Below are positions 12,286 to 22,817 of a stretch of 64,000 nucleotides of DNA, one piece after another (the first letter of the stretch is position 1; every line of letters starts with the position of its first letter). This DNA comes from Macrostomum hystrix. Lineage: Eukaryota; Animalia; Platyhelminthes. The position numbers and the translations under genes are program-made. The DNA lies in NCBI GenBank assembly GCA_950097015.1, contig CATNEN010000005.1, forward strand, positions 1,116,001 to 1,180,000. Direction: 5' to 3'. The notes under the pieces are model-generated. The model ran no database searches and was not told where the DNA came from. It worked only from the letters and a program-made list of their open reading frames with translations.

Positions 12286-14532
12286 TTAACCGTTTCTTCC
12301 GCCCCTCGATCCGCCGCCCCTCGATCCGCCGCCCCTCGATCCGCCGCCCCTCGATCCGCCGCCACTCGATCCGCCGCCCCTCGATCCGCCGCCCCTCGAT
12401 ACGCCGCCACTCGATCCGCCGCCCCTCGATCCGCCGCCCCTCGATCCGCCGCCCCTCGATCCGCCGCCCCTCGATCCGCCGCCACTCGATCCGCCGCCCC
12501 TCGATCCGCCGCCACTCGATCCGCCGCCCCTCGATCCGCCGCCCCTCGATACGCCGCCAATCGATCCGCCGCCTCTCGATCCGCCGCCTCTCGATCCGCC
12601 GCCTCTCGATCCGCTGCCAATCGATCCGCTGCCTTTTGATCCACTTCCGACCCTGGATCCACTTCCTACTCTTGATCCACTTCCTACTCTTGATCCACTT
12701 CCGACTCTTGATCCACTTCCGACCCTGGATCCACTTCCTACTCTTGATCCACTTCCTACTCTTGATCCACTTCCGACTCTTGATCCACTTCCGACTCTTG
12801 ATCCACTTCCGACTCTTGATCCACTTCCTACTCTTGATCCACTTCCGACTCTTGATCCACTTCCGACTCTTGATCCACTTCCGACTCTTGATCCACTTCC
12901 GACTCTTGATCCACTTCCTACTCTTGATCCACTTCCGACTCTTGATCCACTTCCGCCTCTTGATCCACTTCCGACTCTTGATCCACTTCCTAATCTTGAT
13001 CCGCTTCCGAATCTTGATCCACTTCCTAATCTTGATCCGCTTCCGAATCTTGATCCACTTCCGACTTTTGATTCACTTCCGACTCTTGATCCACTTCCGA
13101 CTCTTGATCCGCTTCCGAATCTTGATCCACTTCCGACTTTTAATTCACTTCCGACTCTTGATCCACTTCCGAATCTTGATCCACTTCCGACTCTTGATCC
13201 ACTTCCGACTCTTGATCCGCTTCCGACTCTTGATCCGCTTCCGAATCTTGATCCACTTCCTAATCTTGATCCGCTTCCGAATCTTGATCCACTTCCGACT
13301 TTTGATTCACTTCCGAATCTTGATCCAGTTTTGACTCTTGATCCACTTCCGACTTTTGATCCACTTCCTAATCTCGATGCGCTTCCGACCCTGGATCCGC
13401 TTCTGACCATGGATCCACTTCCAATGGCGACGCCGATCCTGGGTCCCCTGGGATGTCTTGCGCTGCTCTTTAGATCCTTGACACTGACAGAATTAGTTTT
13501 AGGTGCTACGGACTTCTGATTCTTGGCAGCGTTCTTGGCTTTCTTGTCTTTCGCTCCGGCGCGGAACCTACTTGGCGACTTGGCCTGAATCTTTGGATGA
13601 CTGATGTGGGCATTTAATTTTTTGCCAGCCTTATCCACCGGGTGAAAGTGCGGGTCGCCTGCTTTCGGGTTGCCGTGGTGGATGGGCTTGGAGTTTTTGC
13701 CTTCGCTGACTTTTTTTGCCACTTGCTTGGCCAACTTTTTCCTAGAGAGTTCAAAATAGTTTTTTAATGATGCTTTAATCCCTAAAAAAGGTTCTGTTAA
13801 ATAAGATAATCTGGTTAAATTAACAAATGCTCTATAAATATCTGCAGGTAGATTCTCGGAGGACGAAACTCGAGGGCCAACCTGAAAGGCACTAATGAGT
13901 GAGTACACTGCCTGGCGATGAGGAAATCAGGGCAGACGTACGGTATCTGTGTGCGTGTGTATTCGGGAGTCAGAAAGGGGCAGTATTGCTTCCTGGCTGA
14001 CTGCGGGTCTAGTGTAAGTGATGAGCCGTTGCCTGCAGCCTATCTGCCATTATTCATATTGTATATAACATCCACTAGCAACAACAGTAACAAATTGAGT
14101 AGGTCTAGACACGATGCTACAAAATCCCGAGAAGGTTTTTAATCTAAATCATTAATCATTCTAAAAAATACGATCGAGACTACTGGTATGCGAAACCTAC
14201 GATGGAACGCTGACAATGTTGCCGTGGTCTTTCGGCAGATTTTTTATCATTCGCAGTGTACTCGGCTGCCGTAGAAAGTTTTTCACGTCCTTCATCGACT
14301 TGAAGGATCGCACAACGCCAGCGCCGATGCGAACGACGTACGGCGCAGCCAAGCGAGCGGCAACAATGATGAGTGGATTCCTGCGCTGACGACGAAGGAG
14401 GGTGGCCTCCGTGCGAACCACTTGGCTGCTGCTGCTGCTGCTTTCATTGTCGCGCTCATCTGTCAATATTTCTGTCAAAGCAGGTGAGATCAGGACAAAT
14501 GCCACCAATAGCATCCATGCTACTGCTGCCAT
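12286..14532 (-). CDS. Secreted cationic Gly/Ser/Arg-repeat prepro-protein, copy 1 (2 exons, 595 aa predicted)
   Basis: Exon 1 14532-14201 (MAAVAWMLLVAFVLISPALT signal, acidic pro-region, RRQRR), donor TC|gtaggt, acceptor ctctctag|G at 13742/13741, exon 2 13741-12286. Phase matches (1788 nt = 596 codons). Repeat variants are largely synonymous in the GSRVGS frame (GTC/GTA, TCA/TCC, AGA/AGG, AGT/AGC). Confidence 0.8.
13895..14035 (+). mobile_element. SINE-B 3' fragment in the intron of secreted gene copy 1
   Basis: gagtacactgcct...gggcagacgtac...ctgactgcgggtctagtgt also present at 18600, 34970(-), 27170(-), 46120 and 49780(-). Confidence 0.7.
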
Positions 14533-15301
14533 CCAAATCAATTCAAGTTGGTTTACACTGACCACGCTCTCTTCCAGTCAGCTAATTTGGTGGTAGATGG
14601 GCCAGCAGGAAGCGAAGAGAAAATAATTTGCGCGGTAAGCGTGGTCACACTTTATATCTGCCACTGTTTTAGCTAGGGAAAACTGGTTCTAACTGGTCCA
14701 GACTTATGCAGTGTGCAAATGCAGTGTTAATAAGTCAAAGCCATAAAAAGCTGCTACAAAAAATGTTTATATTTTTGCTCGTGGTGAAAGAACATTCCTG
14801 CATGCCACTTAACTATATCTTAGCTATATATTGAGCCGTGAAATATCGCGCTGACTTTAAGATACGCACAAATATCGCTCCACCTTATGCTCTTCAAGGT
14901 GTTTCCTGTTAATATAGGTAGATATACTCGTAGTTATTAACGGGCACTCTTATTTTAATTAACCTAATCGTTATTTTAATACCTATAAATATACAACACG
15001 AATAATGAGTACTATCTCTTATTATAGTTGTCCGATGATGTTATGCCTAGTTTTGCATCACAAGCTCTCCAAAAAACGTGTAGCCAAGAAGAAAAGATAA
15101 CTTTGTTTCCTATTTTAGCTTGGAAAGCTAAATAAGCAGTGAAGATACTGACTTATTCATGCCCTATTACTGCTAAATGCGTGCGTCTACTTATAATTAT
15201 ATTTGAGTTTCGTGCATGCGTCAATCATGTAACAAACTGCATTCCAGTAAAAAATACATGGGTAAAATTGACCACCAGTACTGAGTGAAGTTAGTTTTAT
15301 A

Positions 15302-15417
15302 TCAAACCCGGAACGCCCTCAGAGCCCCAGCTAGGTCGAATTCGTTGGGAAACTGCGGACCATCTCTGCTGCTTCCACGAGGCAGCATTTCCTTGTCCAT
15401 TTCAGACTGCAGTTCCG
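15302..15417 (-). pseudogene. 3' fragment of the BIR gene (last about 38 codons)
   Basis: Near-identical to 17026-17138 (ELQSEMDKEMLPRG...RAFRV*), cut abruptly at 15417 by unrelated sequence. Confidence 0.9.
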
Positions 15418-16706
15418 TGCGCGCTCTCATGCGCGCTCACAATTGCCTTCCTGCCGCAGCTTTCAGCTCGGCTGTGCCAGAGCCCATTCCCCTAATAGGT
15501 TAGCCGCTCATGGTTGAGGGCTGTCTAAGGTTAAAATAAGGAGAAAGTAACAGCATGGCGGAAAGATTTAAATCGTTATTAAATTGGCCTAATGTTTAAA
15601 TAATTGGCGAGTGCTGATAATTTATTAGGCTGAACAGATCCCTTGCCCGAGCCCGTACTTCCCGCCTAGACTAAAAGTGCAGCCCCGTAGAAATAACAAT
15701 CACAAACCGCTGCACGGGTTACTTATCTGGAGTCGCTTCGGCCGCGTGCTGCAATCCCGTTGTTCTCGGGGAAGGGGGTGGGGTAAGACAGCAGAGACAG
15801 GGGAGGGAAGTGCTGTGAGTTGGCAGGGGCCAACACGCTTGGAGCTCAAGGCTCAATTCAACGGCGCACCTAAAGAGGTGGCTCGCGCTCAGGGGGAATG
15901 GGGACAGGCAATGGGCCTGCGCTAGCCGTGGAGCTCTAAGCTCTAGGGTCTAAGCCCTAAGTGGGTCTGGGGGATAAGTCCTGGGTCCGGTGGGATTCCG
16001 GCCCGGCAACGGTAAACCCGGCAGGGAGAAGGGGAAGAGCCGGTGGGAGAAAAGAGGTCCTAGAGGGAGCAGCGCAGCGCGCTTGCTTAAATAGGTCTTG
16101 CAGCACGCCAACCCCGACATCCATCAAAGCAACCCGCATTCGCGCCCGCCTGTCAACGGGGAATCGAAGCGACGACAGGCCGCCCCAATTGCCCAATGAA
16201 CCGGCGGCGGGAAACGACAGATGTTCTGCGCGAACAGCCGTCGGCAGTCAGCCAGCGACTATTATTCCGCCGGGACAATGGGAAGCGCAGGCGCCGACCT
16301 GCCTACAGTGACATTTACATGTATCTAAAAGGAAGGAGGTCATAAAGTCGAGCTGGGCTCGAATACTGTAAAGAAGTGGGGACATGAAGAATTAATGATC
16401 ACTCATAACGCCCGAGTGATCCCCTATATCTGATCGCGGTTTGGAGGAGAATTATGACCTAAACTACTCATACAATAAAAGTTATGGCCACGATCAGTCA
16501 TTCCTACGGGGGTCTAGACAACTCCGGAGAAAGGGGATTCGGCAGCTACTTGATTCACCGCCGCCCCAAACCCGGCCCTACGATCTTGTTTGTGACCAGC
16601 TGCTATGTGGGTCGCAATTATTAGCTACTTAAAAATTTGAAAAATTATGCTGGCTCACATTCCCACTCGATTCCCGCAGCACACTCCACATCATTTACAT
16701 ATATTA
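15418..16706. other. Unassigned GC-rich insert of about 1.3 kb
   Basis: No counterpart in the other cassette copy; no recognisable protein in its short ORFs; flanked on both sides by BIR-3'-flank homology. Confidence 0.6.
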
Positions 16707-17025
16707 CATATTCTTTACAATACTTATAATAAGCATTACCTATTATTAGTTGTCCGATGATGTCATTCCTAGTTTTACATCACAGAAGCTCTCTAAAAAG
16801 CGCGTAGCCAAGAAGAAAAGATAACTTTGTTTCCTATTTTAGCTTGGAAAGCTAAATAAGCAGTGAAGATACTGACTTATTCATGCCCTATTACTGCTAA
16901 ATGCGTGCGTCTACTTATAATTATATTTGAGTTTCGTGCATGCGTCAATCATGTAACAAACTGCATTCCAGTAAAAAATACATGGGTAAAATTGACCACC
17001 AGTACTGAGTGAAGTTAGTTTTATA

Positions 17026-17767
17026 TCAAACCCGGAACGCCCTCAGAGCCCCAGCTAGGTCGAATTCGTTGGGAAACTGCGGACCATCTCTGCTGCTTCC
17101 ACGAGGCAGCATTTCCTTGTCCATTTCGGACTGCAGTTCCGAGATGAGCTTCGACAGTTGCAGCTTGGCCCGCTGCCGGATGAAACGCCGCGCAATGCAC
17201 AACAGCACCACCGTGTCGTTGAAGCCGATTCCGCATGCTGCCATCGCGTACGGACTGTCCATCTCGAGCTTCATCAGTCGCATCAGTTCGTTGTGATCCT
17301 GGCGCAGGTAAGACGGTGGATAATTTGGTGGTCTCGAGGTCTGACTTCGAAGCCAGTCCAGACCACGAGAAGCTTTCAGGAAGAAGCACAATGGGCTGAA
17401 CTTTGCGTGCTCCAGCTCCGGCGAGTCGCTGGGATTCCAGTCTCGCAAGCCGAGGTCGCAAAAGAAGCACTTTACGTGATCTGCTTCGTTCAAGTAATAA
17501 AAGCCTGCCTCGACCATGCTCTCGTGACTTTGACAGCTTCTCTCGAGCTCCTTCCGTGAACGTGCGCAGGCGAGACTCGCGACTCACTTGATGGAGACTA
17601 GCGGCGCTCGAGATCAAGTAGACGACCGCGTTGATGCACTCGTACTGGTCGCCTTGACTACGTGAGCGCGTCAGCGGCTTCAGGCGAAAGTACAGAGTTT
17701 CTGAGATGTGCCTGAAAGCGGCTTCAAGATGCGACGAGAATCGATCCGGGAGAGCCTCATTACTCAT
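17026..17767 (-). pseudogene. BIR-domain IAP copy with a frameshift
   Basis: Near-identical to 20232-20978, but GGA AGA TGG CTC has become GGA G CTC (5-bp deletion near 17550, removing the BIR Trp). Only about 60 bp of native upstream DNA is retained before the duplication junction. Confidence 0.85.
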
Positions 17768-18165
17768 GCGAAGACTTAATCTAGTAAAAACCAGACAACT
17801 TATAGTTCTAAATAAAATGTCGGAAAATTTCCCATCGCTACAATTCATTAATACTATTCTGAATTTTGTTTGGCGACTTGGCCTGAATCTTCGGATTGGA
17901 GCACAACTTGTAGTGTCTTTGAGTTGCTCATTTTGATCGCCGCACATCCATCACATTAGCTATAATTACCTATCTCTTAAACTCACATTTCGTTCAAAAT
18001 CTGCCTTCAAATGTTTTTCCACAATTTGAGTCCCATGCGTGATGCCATTTCAAAAGTATATAAAAAGCAAAGCGATTATTTGTTTATAAATATACTGCAC
18101 ATCAAGTTAATTGATGACTCATATTAGTTTTATTGAATTTCTAATCGGCAACTGAATCTCAATAA

Positions 18166-19333
18166 TCAAAGTCCGCCGCCCCTCGATCCGCTGCCAATCG
18201 ATCCGCTGCCAATCGATCCGCCGCCACTCGAATCGCCGCCACTCGATCCGCTGCCCCGTCGATCCGCCGCCCTTCGATCCGCCGCCTCTCGATCCGCCAT
18301 TTTTCGATCCACCGCCTCTGGACCCACCGCCTCTAGATCCACCGGCTTTCGTTTCACTGTCGGGTCGGCTGTTTTCCGGTTGCCGTGGTGGATGGGCTTG
18401 GACTTTTTGCCTTCGCTGACTCTTTTTGCCACTTGCTTGGCAAAAATTTTCCTGGAGAGTTCAAAATAGTTTTTTATGATGCTTTATCTCTAAAAAAGGT
18501 TTTGTTAAATAAAATTATCTGGTTAAATTAACCTATTAACCTGTTAACAAATACTCTATAAATATCAGGTAGATTCTCGGAAGACGAAACTCGAGGCACT
18601 AATGAATGAGTACACTGCCTGATGATTAGATAATCAGGGCAGACGTACGGTATCTGTGTGCGTGTGTACTCGGGAGTCAGCGAAAGGGGCAGGATTGCCT
18701 CCTGGCTGACTGCGGGTCTCGTGTCACTAAGTGATGTGCCGTTGCGTGCAGCCCATCTGCCATTATTCATATTGTTATTATTCGTATATAACATCCACTA
18801 GTAATACCAGTAACAAATTGAGTAGGTCTACTAGACACGGCGTTACAAAATCCCGAGAAGGTTTTTAATCTAAATCACTAATCATTCTAAAAAATACTAT
18901 CAAGACTACAGGTATGCGAAACCTACGATGGAACGCTGACAATGTCTTTCGGCAGATCTCTTATCGTTCGCAGCAGAGTATTCGGTTGACGAAGAGTTGA
19001 AATAATGAAAGAATTTTTCACGTTCTTCATCGACTTGAAGGATCGCACAACGCCAGCGCCGATGCGAACGACGTCCTGCGCAGCCGAGCGAACGTAGCGA
19101 ACGGCGTTCGGCGCAGCCGAGCGAACGATGCGAACGGCGTGCGGCACAGCCGAGCGAACGAGGCCAATGATGAATGAATTCCTGCGCTGACGCCGAAGGA
19201 GGGTGGCCTCCGTGCGAACCACTTGGCTGCTGCTGCTGCTGCTTTCATTGTCGCGCTCATCTGTCAATATTTCTGTTAAAGCAGGTGAGATCAGGGCAAA
19301 CGCCACCAATAGCATCCATGCTACTGCTGCCAT
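18166..19333 (-). CDS. Secreted cationic prepro-protein, copy 2 (2 exons, 230 aa predicted)
   Basis: Exon 1 19333-18927, donor TC|gtaggt, acceptor ctctccag|G at 18452/18451, exon 2 18451-18166; 693 nt in frame. Prepro region differs from copy 1 by one residue; mature region diverged, tail shortened. Confidence 0.75.
18600..18750 (+). mobile_element. SINE-B 3' fragment in the intron of secreted gene copy 2
   Basis: Paralogous to 13895-14035. Confidence 0.7.
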
Positions 19334-20231
19334 CCAAATCAATTCAAGTTGGTTTACACTGACCACGCTCTCTTCCAGTCAGCTAATTTGGTGGTAGATG
19401 GGCCAGCAAGAAGCGAAGAGAAAATAATTTGCGCGGTAAGCATGGTCACACTTTATATCTGCCACTGTTTTAGCTAGGGAAAACTGGTTCTAACCGGTCC
19501 AGACTGGTTTGCTATATCCGAGTGGCTCTATCAAAATCCTAATTCCGACGCTAAACGGAAACTAAAGTTCGCTCGTACCTAAAGGCAAATTTTAATTTTA
19601 GTTTGCTCTTGGCAACAGTGCAAATGCACTGTTTAAGTCAAAGCCATAAAAAGCTGCTACAAAAAATTGTTCATATTTTTGCTCGTGGCACATTCCTGCA
19701 TGTCATGCTAAATGCAAAGTACACTTAACTATATCTTAGCTTCATTGAGCCGTGAAATATGGCGCTGACTTAAAGATTCGATACGCACAGATATCGCTCC
19801 ACCTTATATTTTTCAAGGTGTTTCCTGTTAATTTACGTAGACATAGTTATTAATAGGCACTCTTGTAGAAAAGACATTTGTTTTTTAATTTACCTAATGG
19901 TTATTTTAGTACATATTCTTTACAATACTAATAATAAGCATTACCTATTATTAGTTGTCCGATGATGTCATTCCTAGTTTTACATCACAGAAGCTCTCTA
20001 AAAAGCGCGTAGCCAAGAAGAAAAGATAACTTTGTTTCCTATTTTAGCTTGGAAAGCTAAATAAGCAGTGAAGATACTGACTTATTCATGCCATATTACT
20101 TCTAAATGCATGCGTCTACTTTATAATTATATTTGAGTTTCGTGCATGCGTCAATCATATAAAAAATTGCACTCCAGTAAAAAATACATGGGTTAAATTG
20201 ACCACCAGTACTGAGTGAAGTTAGTTTTATA

Positions 20232-20978
20232 TCAAACCCGGAACGCCCTCAGAGCCCCAGCTAGGTCGAATTCGTTGGGAAACTGCGGACCATCTCTGCT
20301 GCTTCCACGAGGCAGCATTTCCTTGTCCATTTCGGACTGCAGTTCCGAGATGAGCTCCGACAGTTGCAGCTTGGCCCGCTGCCGGATGAAACGCCGCGCG
20401 ATGCACAACAGCACCACGGTGTCGTTGAAGCCGATTCCGCATGCTGCCATCGCGTACGGACTATCCATCTCGAGCTTCATCAGTCGCATCAGTTCGTTGT
20501 GATCCTGGCGCAGGTAAGACGGTGGATAATTTGGTGGTCTCGAGGTCTGACTTCGAAGCCAGTCCAGACCACGAGAAGCTTTCAAGAAGAAGCACAATGG
20601 GCTGAACTTTGCGTGCTCCAGCTCCGGCGAGTCGCTGGGATTCCAGTCTCGCAAGCCGAGGTCGCAAAAGAAGCACTTTACGTGATCTGCTTCGTTCAAG
20701 TAATAAAAGCCTGCCTCGACCATGCTCTCGTGACTTTGACAGCTTCTCTCGAGCCATCTTCCTTCCGTGAACGTGCGCAGGCGAGACTCGCGACTCACTT
20801 GATGGAGACTAGCGGCGCTCGAGATCAAGTAGACGACCGCGTTGATGCACTCGTACTGGTCGCCTTGACTACGTGAGCGCGCCAGCGGCTTCAGGCGAAA
20901 GTACAGAGTTTCTGAGATGTGCCTGAAAGCGGCTTCAAGATGCGACGAGAATCGATCCGGGAGAGCCTCATTACTCAT
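20232..20978 (-). CDS. Inhibitor-of-apoptosis-like protein: one BIR domain, UBA-like region, no RING (248 aa, intronless CDS)
   Basis: RESRLRTF..W...GFYY..D.VKCFFC..LRDW...D.P..EHAKFSPLCFFL is a canonical BIR with C,C,H,C zinc ligands. SPYAMAACGIGFNDTVV...LSELISEL resembles the IAP UBA region. Confidence 0.9.
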   Translation of the reverse strand: MSNEALPDRFSSHLEAAFRHISETLYFRLKPLARSRSQGDQYECINAVVYLISSAASLHQVSRESRLRTFTEGRWLERSCQSHESMVEAGFYYLNEADHVKCFFCDLGLRDWNPSDSPELEHAKFSPLCFFLKASRGLDWLRSQTSRPPNYPPSYLRQDHNELMRLMKLEMDSPYAMAACGIGFNDTVVLLCIARRFIRQRAKLQLSELISELQSEMDKEMLPRGSSRDGPQFPNEFDLAGALRAFRV

Positions 20979-22359
20979 GCCAAGACTTAATCTAGTAAAA
21001 ACCAGACAACTTATAGTTCTAAATAAAATGTCGGAAAATTTACACCGTTTTTAAGTTGACTATGCTCGTAGTTACTGATTAGAAGGCGTATTTGAAGCGA
21101 TTTTCAGTGACCATTTTATGCCTAGCTAGTATATATATAGCTATACCGCATGAGCTGTACGCATCAACTAGGTGGTACCCTTAACTTGCGTTCAATAAGT
21201 TCCGGGTCTCTCAACTGAAAAACTAATGTACTGGTTTGTGTTGTAGAAGATTGTGTCTTAGTACAAAATACTTTCCAACTCCACGAGGTAGCACCTTAAT
21301 CTTAATATGTTAAAATTAAGATAATAATGACGCAAGGTATATTCTTTAGCTTGACATTAAGACCCCTTTTGTGAACAATATAGAAACTAGAAAGTGATAT
21401 TTTGTATTTTCTGTATGAATCTTCGTGCAACGACGATGTCGCTGGAGTGTCGGAATCACAGCTTGAAGATCTGAAGTCTGGAGATCTGGACCTAATTTGG
21501 ATGATTTAGCAAGATACTTAATTCTACGTTCATTTACACTTCAAGCAACTTGAGGGTGGGTTACGTCCCCCCCCCAGTCGGCTTAAGCCGTATAAATTGC
21601 GACAAAAGTCAAAACAAAAGTCGAAGTTAGTCAAAACTCGTAAACTACGAAAACTGTTGGTCACTGCATAGATTAACGTGCTTACGAATCTGGCAAATCC
21701 ATACGAATCTGTATAATATTTGCTGGCGATAACCTCACCTTAAAACGATCGCGTTTTTGCGTTGCTGAGTTTCTGCGCAAATAAAATGTCACATCTCTAT
21801 AAATTATTGTCTGTTATAACACGTGCAGAACTTGAATAACTTCTTATGTATCATGAGGGGCCATTCCATGAAAAATCCATGGGCACTCCACGAGAAACAA
21901 CTAAAAAATCTTTCGTTTAATTTTCATTTTCAATGACTCAGTTCACTACTTCAAGTAAGACCAAGAAACGAATGTCTACAGAGTTCATAAGATTTGACAG
22001 ATGGTTCACAGATGGTTCCCCTGTTTTTTCTTACTGATAAATTCAAGATAAAATTATAGAATTGAATGTGTTCAAGTAAAAAATAACGACTAGTTTAAAA
22101 AAACTAAGTTGAAAAAATACGACACGGTAAAACCCATATTGAAACCCAGCATGTAATTTTAGCACACTGAATATCCAAGTACAATTCTTGTCAAAGCTAA
22201 AAATAGAAACACACGCCATAAGGACCTTGTAAAAGGTGCGGCTGCAAGTGAGGCAGGAGTTCCTATTAATAGTGCCTCTAAATATTCTCAGAGCTGAAAA
22301 TATGTTTCTGTAAAAATTGTAACTAATGTTACGCAGTGACGAGATTTAAAAAGTTTAAA

Positions 22360-22520
22360 CCATAACTGATGCTGGAACCTGTTTTACAGCTGGGTGAAGT
22401 CTAGCAATGGGTAATTAAAGAATAAAGTGTCACACTCAAATATACAAATAAAATTTTCTTTGTGCTGAGAATCGAGCTCCCGACCTCGGTCGAAATATTC
22501 ATCTGCTTTAACCAAAGAAC
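22360..22520 (-). mobile_element. Degenerate SINE-A copy
   Basis: ctgatgctggaacctgttttacagctgggtgaa and gagaatcgagctcccgacc match the reverse of the SINE-A core and B box. Confidence 0.5.
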
Positions 22521-22817
22521 AAGGCTTCTTAATCATAATATCATATGTGAACTTTAATTAAGACTTGTGGGCTAAACAATATGGAATGTAAGGCCGCTCG
22601 TGACATTGTAGCGGGCGACTTTGTTGCTACTCGTTTTGCAAACCAGACCACCTCACCCGAGAAAAAAATCTGTGCAAACTTTCAAAGTTACTTGGAAAGT
22701 AGACATTGAATCCGTTTGGCAAGTATGAGTACACATGCATTCAAAGTTTGAACTGTTTGTAAGCATGTCTTTTTAAATGATCTTTTCAAGTACTACATGT
22801 ATTGCACAAAGTGTCAT

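Larger units (their letters stand above)
11837..21041. repeat. Tandem segmental duplication of an IAP plus secreted-protein cassette
   Basis: 11837-15417 aligns with about 17830-20350; about 16707-17830 aligns with about 19910-21041; junction cggaaaattt|cccatcgctacaatt at about 17830. Confidence 0.93.

Noticed and set aside
12282-12662. Alternative RGAAD-repeat ORF overlapping the secreted gene
   Set aside because: It is another frame of the same 15-bp repeat; the adjoining 18-bp repeats give stops in that frame and synonymous changes in the GS frame.
14315-14380. Homology to big defensin suggested by the NPLI start of the mature peptide
   Set aside because: Only four residues match, and the cysteine-rich beta-defensin half is absent.
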